A DNA stretch of 64,000 nucleotides. Source: Patescibacteria group bacterium (GTDB taxonomy: Bacteria > Patescibacteriota > Minisyncoccia > Phycocordibacterales > Zambryskibacteraceae). Location of the stretch: assembly GCA_038061835.1 (NCBI GenBank), contig JBBTYJ010000015.1, forward strand, positions 3,907 through 67,906. Reading direction: 5' to 3'. Position numbers and translations under genes: made by a program. Within the stretch, counting starts at the first letter, position 1. Each line of letters opens with the position of its first letter. The notes under the pieces are model-generated. The model saw only the letters and a program-made list of their open reading frames with translations, was not told the origin of the DNA and ran no database searches. Below, in pieces: positions 46,910 through 56,100 of this stretch.

Positions 46910-47986
46910 CTAAACGCAATGGTAGCGGCCAGAAGAATCTTTCTTAAAATACTTAGTATTCTGAAGATTTACTAAAATAGTGTTTTCCTTGACGTAGCGT
47001 TCTTTGAGAACTTTCTCTATAATCTTATCTTTCGTCAATGGACCTTCTTTTTCCAAAATCTTTTTAATAACGTCTTTAACCACACCGGACATATATCCCC
47101 ATTCAGAGAGAGCATAGAGACCGCGTCCCACCAAGACAAATCTGGGATCCTTAATCAGTTCATTGTGGGTAGTAGCCACATGCGCCTTTTTATTGAAATA
47201 TTGAGTAATTGCTTTGGCCACTTCTTTGAAATGAATCGGGGAACCATGTTTTCTGATTACCAGAAAGGCGTAATCGCGCATCCCCTTTGCATTAACATTT
47301 GAAGATGATGCTCGACCCCACTCCCCTAAAGGATTTTTGCCAATTTTATGGGAAATGGCGAACCAACGTTTAATCATTTCTTCATTTTTGTACTTTTCGT
47401 TCAAATCCTTTACTTCTTCAAGAAAAGAGCCGATGAGATCGCTCTCTACCACAAGTTCATCATCAGACAGCGAGGAGTATAATTTGCGGAGCGCGGATTT
47501 AATCTTTTCCGCAAGCTCTCTATCTACGTGCCAATGATGCTTGAACTCTTCGTCTGCCTTCTCGCGCTTAAACTCTTCGCCAATAATTAGTAAAAAATAA
47601 AAATGATTTTGGATACTCGGCTCTTTGCTCAAATGTTTAAGAAGATCTTTCTCGGAAATAATACCGCCAAGTGCAAGAATGGTTTCCTTCAATTCGACAA
47701 AAACCGGTTCGAGATCCTTATAGACCTTAGATTTACGAATAGTTAAAAGAGAGTGATTCTCTATTTGGCGCACCCGTTCTCTGGTAATACCATATTTCTT
47801 GCCTATAGCATCCAAGGTAAACTTGATAGCTTTGGATCCCAATCCGTATCGATTAATAAGAATATCCTGTCCACGCTTGGTTAAAACTGATAATAGCCGT
47901 TTGGTGATCTCCTTGGGTTTGAAGTTTAGGGCAATTTTTTCGCTCATGTTTCTCTCATTTGTATCACCTATATAAAGAAGTGTCAA
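46910..47986 (-). CDS. Sigma-70 region-4-like HTH at N-terminus plus C-terminal HARE-HTH-like domain
   Basis: LTKRGQDILINRYGL...YGITRERVRQIENHSLLTIRK resembles sigma70 r4.2; C-terminal AFLVIRKHGSPIHFKEVAKAI...GRGLYALSEWG resembles HARE-HTH. Confidence 0.5.
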   Translation of the reverse strand: MTLLYIGDTNERNMSEKIALNFKPKEITKRLLSVLTKRGQDILINRYGLGSKAIKFTLDAIGKKYGITRERVRQIENHSLLTIRKSKVYKDLEPVFVELKETILALGGIISEKDLLKHLSKEPSIQNHFYFLLIIGEEFKREKADEEFKHHWHVDRELAEKIKSALRKLYSSLSDDELVVESDLIGSFLEEVKDLNEKYKNEEMIKRWFAISHKIGKNPLGEWGRASSSNVNAKGMRDYAFLVIRKHGSPIHFKEVAKAITQYFNKKAHVATTHNELIKDPRFVLVGRGLYALSEWGYMSGVVKDVIKKILEKEGPLTKDKIIEKVLKERYVKENTILVNLQNTKYFKKDSSGRYHCV

Positions 47987-47999
47987 GACAAGTTTCGAA

Positions 48000-50180
48000 T
48001 CAGGTTACAATGCTGACAATTTTCCCAGGTATCATAATAATCTTCTTGGGATTTTTTCCACCAAGCCATTTTTGAACCTCTGACAGAGCCAAGACGTTTA
48101 TTCTTATTTCTTCCTCACTTTGACTGCGAGTAACAAGCAAATTAGCTCTCACCTTACCATCAACTTGCACAGCCAAATTTACTTCATCTTTTACCAATTT
48201 CTTCAAATCGTAAGTCGGCCAACTTTGGACATGAATGGAATCTTTGTGTCCGAGAGATGCCCATAATTCTTCGGTAATATGCGGAGCAAAAGGCGCAAGA
48301 AGTAAAATTAAAGTCTCGAATTCTTTTTGGAAAATTTCTTTTTGCTTATCCAGAGCATTGACGTAGATCATCAGAGCAGACACCGCAGTATTAAATCCCA
48401 TAGACTCTATATCGTCAGATACTTTCTTAATCGTTTGATGCATCAAGGTCTCGCTCTTTAAGGTCAGACCTTTGGAAACTTTGGATTGAAGCCGCCAGAC
48501 CTTCTCCAAAAATCTCCGCGGACCAACAAGCGCATCTTCGCTCCAAGCAATGGCTTGTTCGAATGGACCCATAAACATCTCGTAGAGCCGCAGGGTGTCC
48601 GCACCAAAACGTTCTGCTATAGTGTCGGGATTAATGACATTGCCTTTTGATTTACTCATCTTCTCTCCCCCCTCGGCTAAAATCAGTCCGTGAGAAGTAC
48701 GTTTCTTGTATGGTTCGCTCGTGGGAACAAGTTTCAGATCATAAAGAAATTTGTTCCAAAAACGCGAATATAAAAGATGAAGCACCGTGTGTTCCATACC
48801 GCCGTTATACCAGTCAACCCCGCCATGGCGGGGCAAGTCGCCATCCAGCCAATATTTCAGTTTATCCAGAGATGCAAATTCTCTATCATTAAACGGGTCG
48901 CAATAACGTAGGAAATACCAGGATGATCCGGCCCAATTTGGCATGACGTCAGTTTCCCTTTTGGCTTGTTCATTACAATTTGGACATTTGACATTCACCC
49001 ATTCCGTGATATTAGCAAGCGGAGATTCACCATCCGGTCCAGGTTCATATTTATCCACTTTAGGCAGTTCCACCGGTAAATCTTTTTCCGGTACCGGCAC
49101 AACGCCACACTTGTCACAGTGAATCACCGGAATGGGCTCACCCCAATAACGCTGACGTGAGAAAACCCAATCGCGTAGTTTGTACTTGACGACCCTTTTG
49201 CCAAAATCTTCGAATTTAGCTCTTTGGTATTCCTTAATAATTGCTAAATTATGTTTCTTTGCAAATATCATATCGCGTTCATCATCGGCAGGAACACCCA
49301 TGATAGCGCCGGTACCATAATCAGACATTACATATTCTGCCTCCCAGACCGGAATCTTCTCTTTGGTCGCGGGATTAGTCACGAAGCGACCAGTAAATTT
49401 ATCTTCCTTGCCATTAACCACGACAAAAGTGGCTCCAAAAATCGTATCAGGCCGTGTGGTAAAAATTTCAACATCATCAAATTTAATCAGTACCCCTTCG
49501 CTCCTTCCGATCCAGTTTTTTTGTTGGGTTTTGACTCGTTTCGGATAATCTACGCTGTCTAAATCTTTTTCAAGTCTTTCGGCATATTTAGTAATAGCAA
49601 GCATCCACTGTTCTTTCTCCTTCTGTTCAACAGATGTGCCGCAACGTTCACAACCACCATCAACCACTTCCTCATTGGCCAGACCAATCTTACATTTCGG
49701 ACACCAATTAATTGGAATCTTTGCCTTGTATGCCAAACCTTTTTCAAGAAATTTAAGAAATATCCACTGCGTCCATTTGTAGTATTTGGGATTTGAAGTA
49801 TCAATCTCTCTAGACCAATCAAAAGAGAGGCCTAATCTTTTAAGTTGCGCACGAAAATTGTCTGTATTTTCTTTTGTAATCTCTGCAGGCTGTCTGCCAG
49901 TTTTGATCGCATAATTCTCCGTTGGTAAACCGAATGAATCCCAGCCGATCGGATACAGGACATTAAATCCTTCCATCCATCTTTTACGCGCAATAATATC
50001 CATCGCTGTATAGGCTCTCACGTGACCAAGATGAATCCCCACACCAGATGGATACGGAAACTCTACCAATGCGTAATATTTTGGTTTCTTGGAATTATTG
50101 TTCGCTTGATAGATTCCGGATTTTTCCCACTCTGTTTGCCACTTAGTTTCTATCTCTTTAGGATTATATTCCCTAGCCAT
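48000..50180 (-). CDS. leuS: Leucine--tRNA ligase
   Basis: PYPSGVGIHLGHV HIGH region, CP1 TTRPDT motif, KMSKS; 726 aa. Confidence 0.9.
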   Translation of the reverse strand: MAREYNPKEIETKWQTEWEKSGIYQANNNSKKPKYYALVEFPYPSGVGIHLGHVRAYTAMDIIARKRWMEGFNVLYPIGWDSFGLPTENYAIKTGRQPAEITKENTDNFRAQLKRLGLSFDWSREIDTSNPKYYKWTQWIFLKFLEKGLAYKAKIPINWCPKCKIGLANEEVVDGGCERCGTSVEQKEKEQWMLAITKYAERLEKDLDSVDYPKRVKTQQKNWIGRSEGVLIKFDDVEIFTTRPDTIFGATFVVVNGKEDKFTGRFVTNPATKEKIPVWEAEYVMSDYGTGAIMGVPADDERDMIFAKKHNLAIIKEYQRAKFEDFGKRVVKYKLRDWVFSRQRYWGEPIPVIHCDKCGVVPVPEKDLPVELPKVDKYEPGPDGESPLANITEWVNVKCPNCNEQAKRETDVMPNWAGSSWYFLRYCDPFNDREFASLDKLKYWLDGDLPRHGGVDWYNGGMEHTVLHLLYSRFWNKFLYDLKLVPTSEPYKKRTSHGLILAEGGEKMSKSKGNVINPDTIAERFGADTLRLYEMFMGPFEQAIAWSEDALVGPRRFLEKVWRLQSKVSKGLTLKSETLMHQTIKKVSDDIESMGFNTAVSALMIYVNALDKQKEIFQKEFETLILLLAPFAPHITEELWASLGHKDSIHVQSWPTYDLKKLVKDEVNLAVQVDGKVRANLLVTRSQSEEEIRINVLALSEVQKWLGGKNPKKIIMIPGKIVSIVT

Positions 50181-50204
50181 ATGGGCTAGTATAACAAAAC
50201 TTAT

Positions 50205-51128
50205 TTATTTGAGTCTTACCGGATACAACTCCGGGTCGATAGTGCGAGTAAAACATTGACGTCCCGCTTCATGTTGCCAACTCTCACCAGACTTACCCAT
50301 TGGTTCAGGATAAACTACTCGAGTCGCGGACCCCGAAACATCTTGTGAGATTTTGTTGAATTCCGCGCAAAGATTGAAAGCAAGATTCCCGGTTTTTTTA
50401 TACTCATAAGAATCTCTAGTCTGTGGATCAACCGGAACAACAAAACCAGATATCGGATCTTGCAAATCTTCAAGTGAGGCGGGTAGTACTCCCTTTTGCT
50501 GCCAATAATTTACGATTTGCCACTGGATACTTTGCAGATCAGAAACTTTTTGTACATCATAACGAAGCATGCGTTGATTTTGGGGCGTACCCAAGACGCT
50601 AAAACCAGCTACAATAGAGCCGACCACCAAAATCACTGCCACCACTCTCCAGATATTTCTACGAGAACCGGTTAATCTATCTCTCAAATCATCCATATAG
50701 TAACCAAAAACACAGCCAGCAACCACCAATACCGAGAGAATTTTTAAAAGAAAGGCCGTCGTCATCTCCTGTCCATCAAGAAAATAATAAATAAGAGTGA
50801 CAAGATCCCCCGCAAGCACTCCGCCGGCAAGGAAGATGGTGATGTAGATGAGCCACTTGCGGACCGGATAATCTTTACGACTCGGATCTTCTGCGTATCC
50901 CTTTCGGACAAAATTGGTCAGAAAAAGAAAGAGGGGGAAAACGACGATCAACGTTGCCACCGGTAGGGAGATAGACGTTGAGTCGTAGTAGGAATATTGA
51001 TTAACTTGCGGAAAGGCAACGTTGATAACGCGAAACAAAATATTGAGAAGTGCCACTGTGCCTGTGTATAGAATTGCGATAAGAGCAATGTGTAAAAAGA
51101 AATCCTTGGCTGTTATTTTGGTATTCAT
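50205..51128 (-). CDS. Hypothetical polytopic membrane protein
   Basis: 5-6 hydrophobic helices in the N-terminal half, soluble C-terminal domain; no recognisable motif. Confidence 0.45.
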   Translation of the reverse strand: MNTKITAKDFFLHIALIAILYTGTVALLNILFRVINVAFPQVNQYSYYDSTSISLPVATLIVVFPLFLFLTNFVRKGYAEDPSRKDYPVRKWLIYITIFLAGGVLAGDLVTLIYYFLDGQEMTTAFLLKILSVLVVAGCVFGYYMDDLRDRLTGSRRNIWRVVAVILVVGSIVAGFSVLGTPQNQRMLRYDVQKVSDLQSIQWQIVNYWQQKGVLPASLEDLQDPISGFVVPVDPQTRDSYEYKKTGNLAFNLCAEFNKISQDVSGSATRVVYPEPMGKSGESWQHEAGRQCFTRTIDPELYPVRLK

Positions 51129-51140
51129 GTCTCTATTGTA

Positions 51141-51959
51141 TCAAATCAGAAATTCAATAACATCTCCGTCTTGAACCACATATTCCTTACCTTCGGTTCG
51201 GAGCCAGCCCTTTTCGCGTGCCTTGACGAGAGAACCCGCTTCAATCAACTTGTCATAATGTATCACTTCGGCACGGATAAATTTTTCTTGGAAATCGGAG
51301 TGAATTGATTTACCCGCTTCCGGCGCTTTCGCGCCTCGCCACGTTGTCCAGGCTCGCGACTCATCTTCTCCTGTAGTAAAAAATGTAATCAGATTAAGTA
51401 GTTTGTATGCTTCTACAATCAACTTATCCAAACCTGTGCCAAATACCGGATCAACCTCGAGATACGGTCCGGGAATTTTATTTTTGAAATCTGCCGATAT
51501 TTGGCCTGCAACTTCGGAAATATTTAATACATACAAAGTTGGTTTCCTAACTTCCGCTGCCTCAAGTTCCATATTGATAATTTCAATGTCAAAAAGCGGA
51601 TCCACTTTTTCATGCACATGAATAATATCTGGATCTTCAAAGGTTCGCACCACTTCAATAATGGTGTCCACTTCGCGGATATGAGAGAGAAATTTATTGC
51701 CCAACCCCTCACCCATTGAAGCTCCTTTGACCAATCCGGCGATATCAACAAACTCCACCACCGCCGGAATAGTTTTCTTGGATTGTGACAAAGTTGAAAG
51801 TTTTTCTAATCTCTCATCCGGCACCGGCACAATCCCCACTGACGGATCAATGGTGCAGAAAGGATAATTCTCCGCCGGGACGCTTTTTTTAGTAAGCGCA
51901 TTAAAGAGCGTGCTTTTACCCACGTTTGGTAGACCCACGATACCAATTTTTAACGACAT
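51141..51959 (-). CDS. ychF: Ribosome-binding ATPase YchF (Obg family), shortened
   Basis: GIVGLPNVGKSTLFNALT, G2-G4 motifs, C-terminal TGS-like VVQDGDVIEF; 272 aa versus ~363. Confidence 0.85.
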   Translation of the reverse strand: MSLKIGIVGLPNVGKSTLFNALTKKSVPAENYPFCTIDPSVGIVPVPDERLEKLSTLSQSKKTIPAVVEFVDIAGLVKGASMGEGLGNKFLSHIREVDTIIEVVRTFEDPDIIHVHEKVDPLFDIEIINMELEAAEVRKPTLYVLNISEVAGQISADFKNKIPGPYLEVDPVFGTGLDKLIVEAYKLLNLITFFTTGEDESRAWTTWRGAKAPEAGKSIHSDFQEKFIRAEVIHYDKLIEAGSLVKAREKGWLRTEGKEYVVQDGDVIEFLI

Positions 51960-51998
51960 GGGGTTAGATTATCACAAAATACTTGAGGATTCTTTTGA

Positions 51999-52301
51999 TT
52001 GACATATTCATATTCGAGAGTAAGTTATGCTGTAGAAACAACTGAATTTATAAAAAAGGAGGCAAAGATGTTTCTTGAACAAGTCACTGCGTCCTGGGCC
52101 GGACATCAGACCATGAAGGGTTTTCCGCTCCTGCCTAAAACTCTCCCCACCGAGAGTTCCTACAAACGAGGCGATTCCCAGATTACCAAAACCAGGTGTT
52201 TTAGAACCGTAAGATGGGCTCGTGTATGGCGCAGGGTGGGAAGAAATCCCTCCACAGGCAAAGATATATGGAAATGGAAGGATGCGTACTGGATTGATTA
52301 A
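51999..52301 (+). CDS. Divergent HU/IHF-like small basic protein (possible start at 52068 after AAGGAGG)
   Basis: ...FRTVRWARVWRRVGRNPSTGKDI resembles the HU beta-arm (RxxRxGRNPxTGxxI); GC-elevated; strong SD before the internal ATG. Confidence 0.35.
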   Translation: MTYSYSRVSYAVETTEFIKKEAKMFLEQVTASWAGHQTMKGFPLLPKTLPTESSYKRGDSQITKTRCFRTVRWARVWRRVGRNPSTGKDIWKWKDAYWID

Positions 52302-52323
52302 CTGATAAATGGAGGAAGTTGTG

Positions 52324-52362
52324 AGGGGTCAGGCTAACCACCTGACCCCTTTCGTTTTATTT
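52324..52362 (+). terminator. Rho-independent terminator
   Basis: AGGGGTCAGG-CTAACCA-CCTGACCCCT followed by TTCGTTTTATTT. Confidence 0.8.
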
Positions 52363-52380
52363 ACGGTGGACGTAGTAGAA

Positions 52381-52692
52381 CTACCTTATCGCCACTATTG
52401 CAAACTGCATAAAATATTTTTCTAAATCTTGAAGAGTAGTTTTATATTCCGCACTGCCAAGCACTGCATCGGCAAAAAGCTCTTTGGCTCTATTTATCTC
52501 TAACATACGTTTGATCCAGCGCTTATCTCTTTGAGTAAGATCAAATAGCTCCATGGCTCGTGTCACCGCTCCCCAAAAAGAACTTTCATCTTTCCCCTGC
52601 CATTTGGCCGCACGACCAACCTCGCTACCAATATTCCCAAACTGCTCAGCGAATGATAGAGACCACCATCTTTCTTTTGAAACCAATTGCAT
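52381..52692 (-). CDS. Hypothetical small protein
   Basis: ORF only; 2 nt from the upstream small gene (possible two-gene module). Confidence 0.35.
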   Translation of the reverse strand: MQLVSKERWWSLSFAEQFGNIGSEVGRAAKWQGKDESSFWGAVTRAMELFDLTQRDKRWIKRMLEINRAKELFADAVLGSAEYKTTLQDLEKYFMQFAIVAIR

Positions 52693-52693
52693 A

Positions 52694-53041
52694 TTACTTG
52701 ACTAATTTAACTACAATTTCCCGTATCTCTTTTTGGATCTCGATATCTTCAACTCTACGAGTCTTATTTTCGAAAGCAGGTTTGAGGTTGATCATAGAAT
52801 CAAATTCAATGAAATCCTCTCCTGATTTATCCAAATATAAGTTTATACCCCACGTATCTTGTGATTCAGAATTTTCTTTTTCCATAAGAAGAGATTGAAT
52901 ATCCACGTGTAATTCTCCACCCACACCCATAATACCTCGTCTCACATCAACAACCGCTTTAATGACATCCCCATATTGTTTATGGGCTAGATTTTCTAAC
53001 TCACCCTTAGTAATCTTATCTTTAACGATTATGGTCTCCAT
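52694..53041 (-). CDS. Hypothetical small protein
   Basis: ORF only. Confidence 0.35.
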   Translation of the reverse strand: METIIVKDKITKGELENLAHKQYGDVIKAVVDVRRGIMGVGGELHVDIQSLLMEKENSESQDTWGINLYLDKSGEDFIEFDSMINLKPAFENKTRRVEDIEIQKEIREIVVKLVK

Positions 53042-53096
53042 ATAACAAGTTTATCATATTCCCCCACTTATCTATTACCAAACAACCTCTTAAAAA

Positions 53097-53693
53097 TTAT
53101 TTCGCTTTGCGGCCGAAATTAAAGACCTTGCGCTTAATGCGCTCTCGACGGGCCACACTGCTAAAATGTTTCAGATAACCAAACTTGCGTACATAAATTG
53201 GACCGAACCCGGCAAACCACAAAATTCCCTTCCTCAATTCATTGGTGGTATCGCCAAAGACAATTCTCTGTATAAAAGGAATGGTATCGGATGTGACAAA
53301 CATGGTGGCGCTTCTGCCTTTCAAAAGTTTTTTCCAAGTAAATTCACTTGTAAATTTATAGGCAAAATCGGGAAGCCACACTCTATCAAAGAGACCCTTC
53401 AATATGGCCGGCATAGTTGACCACCATGATGGGTAAAAAATCACAAAGTGATCACACCATCGTATATTATCTTGAAAAGCCATCAGGTCTGGTTCAAGTT
53501 CTTGTTTCAGTCTATATCCATGGTGCAGAATGGGATCAAATTGCATACTTCCAATATTCATACGACGCACTTCACGCATAGATTCTTCTGCTCCCTTCTG
53601 ATAATCGTCGGCCAAAGTACAGTTAAAGCTGTCTTCGTCTGGATGACCAACTAGAATAAAAATTTTTTTCTTCTTTTTTCCAAATACAAACAT
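53097..53693 (-). CDS. Flavodoxin-like-fold NAD(P)H dehydrogenase (quinone) family (KefF/MdaB-like)
   Basis: ILVGHPDEDSFN..., YPSWWSTMPAILKG..DRVWLPDFAY pattern typical of the family. Confidence 0.7.
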   Translation of the reverse strand: MFVFGKKKKKIFILVGHPDEDSFNCTLADDYQKGAEESMREVRRMNIGSMQFDPILHHGYRLKQELEPDLMAFQDNIRWCDHFVIFYPSWWSTMPAILKGLFDRVWLPDFAYKFTSEFTWKKLLKGRSATMFVTSDTIPFIQRIVFGDTTNELRKGILWFAGFGPIYVRKFGYLKHFSSVARRERIKRKVFNFGRKAK

Positions 53694-53694
53694 G

Positions 53695-53925
53695 CTATTT
53701 CATTAATCTTTGCAATTCAGCTTGATGTTCGCGCATAACAACCATAGTGGCCGCCATCTCACTTTGGCCAGTCTTCACCCTTTTTTGCACCTCATCTCCG
53801 ATCTTCTTAAAGAAGTCCGGATATTTTTCCATCAGTCCAAGGATAAGATCGCGCTCTTTTTCCGGCATGTCTTTCATCTTCGCCTTCATGGCTTGCCGAA
53901 GGAAGAAATCTTTAATTTTCCCCAT
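53695..53925 (-). CDS. Hypothetical small protein
   Basis: ORF only, 76 aa. Confidence 0.3.
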   Translation of the reverse strand: MGKIKDFFLRQAMKAKMKDMPEKERDLILGLMEKYPDFFKKIGDEVQKRVKTGQSEMAATMVVMREHQAELQRLMK

Positions 53926-53935
53926 ACCTGATATT

Positions 53936-54343
53936 CTACCAATTCTTGCAGCACTCTACTACTATTTTAAACCAATTCTTTGTCCGACCGTTTCTCGAAA
54001 GAAATATCAATCCAAACAATAACCACGTTACAACCACCTCTAAAATAATTAATATATCAAGAGTCCTGCTCAAAATTGAATAAAACACGATAAAGACAGA
54101 CAGTAAAAATGGAAGTTTAAAAAACTCAAACTTTTCCGGCAATGCGCTGGCCAAATAATACATCAAACCCACCGCAGTACCACCCATCAAAAGCGCCAGA
54201 ATCACCAGATCCAAACCAATCGCTAATCCCACAAGCCATGTACCAGACACGGCAAAACAGATAGCGCAGATTTTTGTAAAAATCTTTTTAAGACCCAAAG
54301 AAAGAACAAAAAATATGATTATAAGTATGGTGGCAATAAACAT
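53936..54343 (-). CDS. Small membrane protein (4 TM), last gene of the copper operon
   Basis: Hydrophobic; abuts the upstream gene. Confidence 0.4.
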   Translation of the reverse strand: MFIATILIIIFFVLSLGLKKIFTKICAICFAVSGTWLVGLAIGLDLVILALLMGGTAVGLMYYLASALPEKFEFFKLPFLLSVFIVFYSILSRTLDILIILEVVVTWLLFGLIFLSRNGRTKNWFKIVVECCKNW

Positions 54344-54859
54344 TTAGGTTGTGATTTGCAGAATTATACCGGCCAAAACAATAAGAATAAAAGTGATGAC
54401 AAGACCCTGGTACGGCAACATTCTTTCATTTCGACTTCTTGTCAGCGCCGTACTTAAATAAGGAGAAATAAAAAGAAGAAGAGCTCCGACAGTCGCGCCA
54501 AAAAGATACAAATTTATAAGATAAGTGTTATGAAACACTGTGCCATATCCGCCCCAAAGAGAAACGTAAAACGATCTGGATTCCTTAATAAACGGCATGA
54601 TGGGAATAATAGTGGAAAAAAAGACAACAAGAGTGACGACCGCATCCTGGCCTTGAAAATATTTTTGCTTAATCATTTTTGCAAGCCACAAACCAAGTGC
54701 CAAAGAGAAAGCGCCAATAAACACACCGACTGATGCGGTGGAGACTCCAAGTGACGCCGCCAGCACGGCAAGCGCTCCCGCGCCAATGGTACAAAGTGGA
54801 CAATGGGCCAGTGTAATTTTAGGAATTAAGACTAGTGTTAAAAGAAAGAATTTTTTCAT
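54344..54859 (-). CDS. Membrane protein with N-proximal HCPLC motif (possible metal-binding)
   Basis: Signal/TM then HCPLCTIGAG; 4-5 TM; in copper operon. Confidence 0.45.
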   Translation of the reverse strand: MKKFFLLTLVLIPKITLAHCPLCTIGAGALAVLAASLGVSTASVGVFIGAFSLALGLWLAKMIKQKYFQGQDAVVTLVVFFSTIIPIMPFIKESRSFYVSLWGGYGTVFHNTYLINLYLFGATVGALLLFISPYLSTALTRSRNERMLPYQGLVITFILIVLAGIILQITT

Positions 54860-54868
54860 AATCTTATG

Positions 54869-55600
54869 TTAGACATTACATCCTCCGCCCTGTTTCTCTC
54901 CTGGTTCATATCCGGGAAACCAGAACGAGTTTAGGACCAGAGCGCTATTATACATTTCTTTTTCAGTGGCTCCTTGCGACGCCGTAAGTTCCAAGAAACC
55001 GAGCATAGCCATACCATGATTACAGTCGGGAAAATACGCCGAGTTGCCACAGCAGGGTCTGTATATACTTTGAGCCACTCTGGCAACCGATTTTTCTTGT
55101 TCGGCAGTCAGATTAATAAATCGATGCGCATTGTAATGGTCCATGACGTCCCCTTTCGCCATTGTCCATCCGGCGGTAGAAGCAAAATTTTGTGGTCCGC
55201 CGTATTTTGGATTAGCCATTTCCCCATCCTCCAATACGGGACTTTTATTCCCCAGCCCTAACGCCCACAATAAATTCAAAACAAATCCCGCATTATCTTT
55301 ATTGATCTCAAGTTGTCCATCATCTTCTCCAAATAACAAGTTGGCATACTCATTGGTAAATTGGCCGCGTCCTTCATATATGGCCTTGAATTTCTCACTG
55401 TCTATCACTCCCGCTCTCACTAATTGAACGCCCATATCATCCCAAGAAACTATCAGGGCCGCTTTGTCGGCTGATGCGGTTTGTTTACCGGTGGCAGTGG
55501 TAGATTTTAATGGTTGCTGATAAAGCACAGCCCCTGCAACAATGAGTCCCGCCACCACAATACTTGCCGGTACGATATTTATGTCGCGTGAACCATTCAT
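54869..55600 (-). CDS. Secreted/anchored Cys-rich protein (CCGNSAYFPDCNHG)
   Basis: N-terminal TM; C-terminal Cys/His cluster; in copper operon. Confidence 0.45.
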   Translation of the reverse strand: MNGSRDINIVPASIVVAGLIVAGAVLYQQPLKSTTATGKQTASADKAALIVSWDDMGVQLVRAGVIDSEKFKAIYEGRGQFTNEYANLLFGEDDGQLEINKDNAGFVLNLLWALGLGNKSPVLEDGEMANPKYGGPQNFASTAGWTMAKGDVMDHYNAHRFINLTAEQEKSVARVAQSIYRPCCGNSAYFPDCNHGMAMLGFLELTASQGATEKEMYNSALVLNSFWFPGYEPGEKQGGGCNV

Positions 55601-56100
55601 AGCGTTACCATTGCCTTGATTTCTAACTGAAGCGCGCCACCCTTTTCATCCACAAGATAAATTTGACGTTCTATGGGCCCTACTCCGAGAGGGCCGTGCG
55701 CGGCCGGGTCAAAAACAACTTCAATAGTTTTCTCCTCACCGGCTTTGATAATTTCATTAGCCCGAGGCACTTCATTACCATGACCGGGCATACCGAACGG
55801 ACCCCGTTTGCCCTGTGCATCCACAATGTAAGCATTTGTGCACATGCACGAAGTCACCACCGTATCAACTCTTAAATCATTTTCAGTTTTATTGGAAACA
55901 ACAAAAGTTGTAGTGACACTACCGTCTTTCATTGAGATTGTACCGAAATCGTAACTGTTTTTCTCCGCGGTAAGAATACTGCCCGAATCTATTTGACTTT
56001 CAGCCGGCAAGACCGCCGTGCCGTTATCACCCTTCCACAGAAACAACGCTATAATACCCAACACAATCAAAACTAAAATAATTAATGTTTTATTTTTCAT
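55597..56100 (-). CDS. DUF1573-like secreted protein
   Basis: YDFGTIS...VVSN and TSCMCT motifs characteristic of DUF1573. Confidence 0.55.
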   Translation of the reverse strand: MKNKTLIILVLIVLGIIALFLWKGDNGTAVLPAESQIDSGSILTAEKNSYDFGTISMKDGSVTTTFVVSNKTENDLRVDTVVTSCMCTNAYIVDAQGKRGPFGMPGHGNEVPRANEIIKAGEEKTIEVVFDPAAHGPLGVGPIERQIYLVDEKGGALQLEIKAMVTL

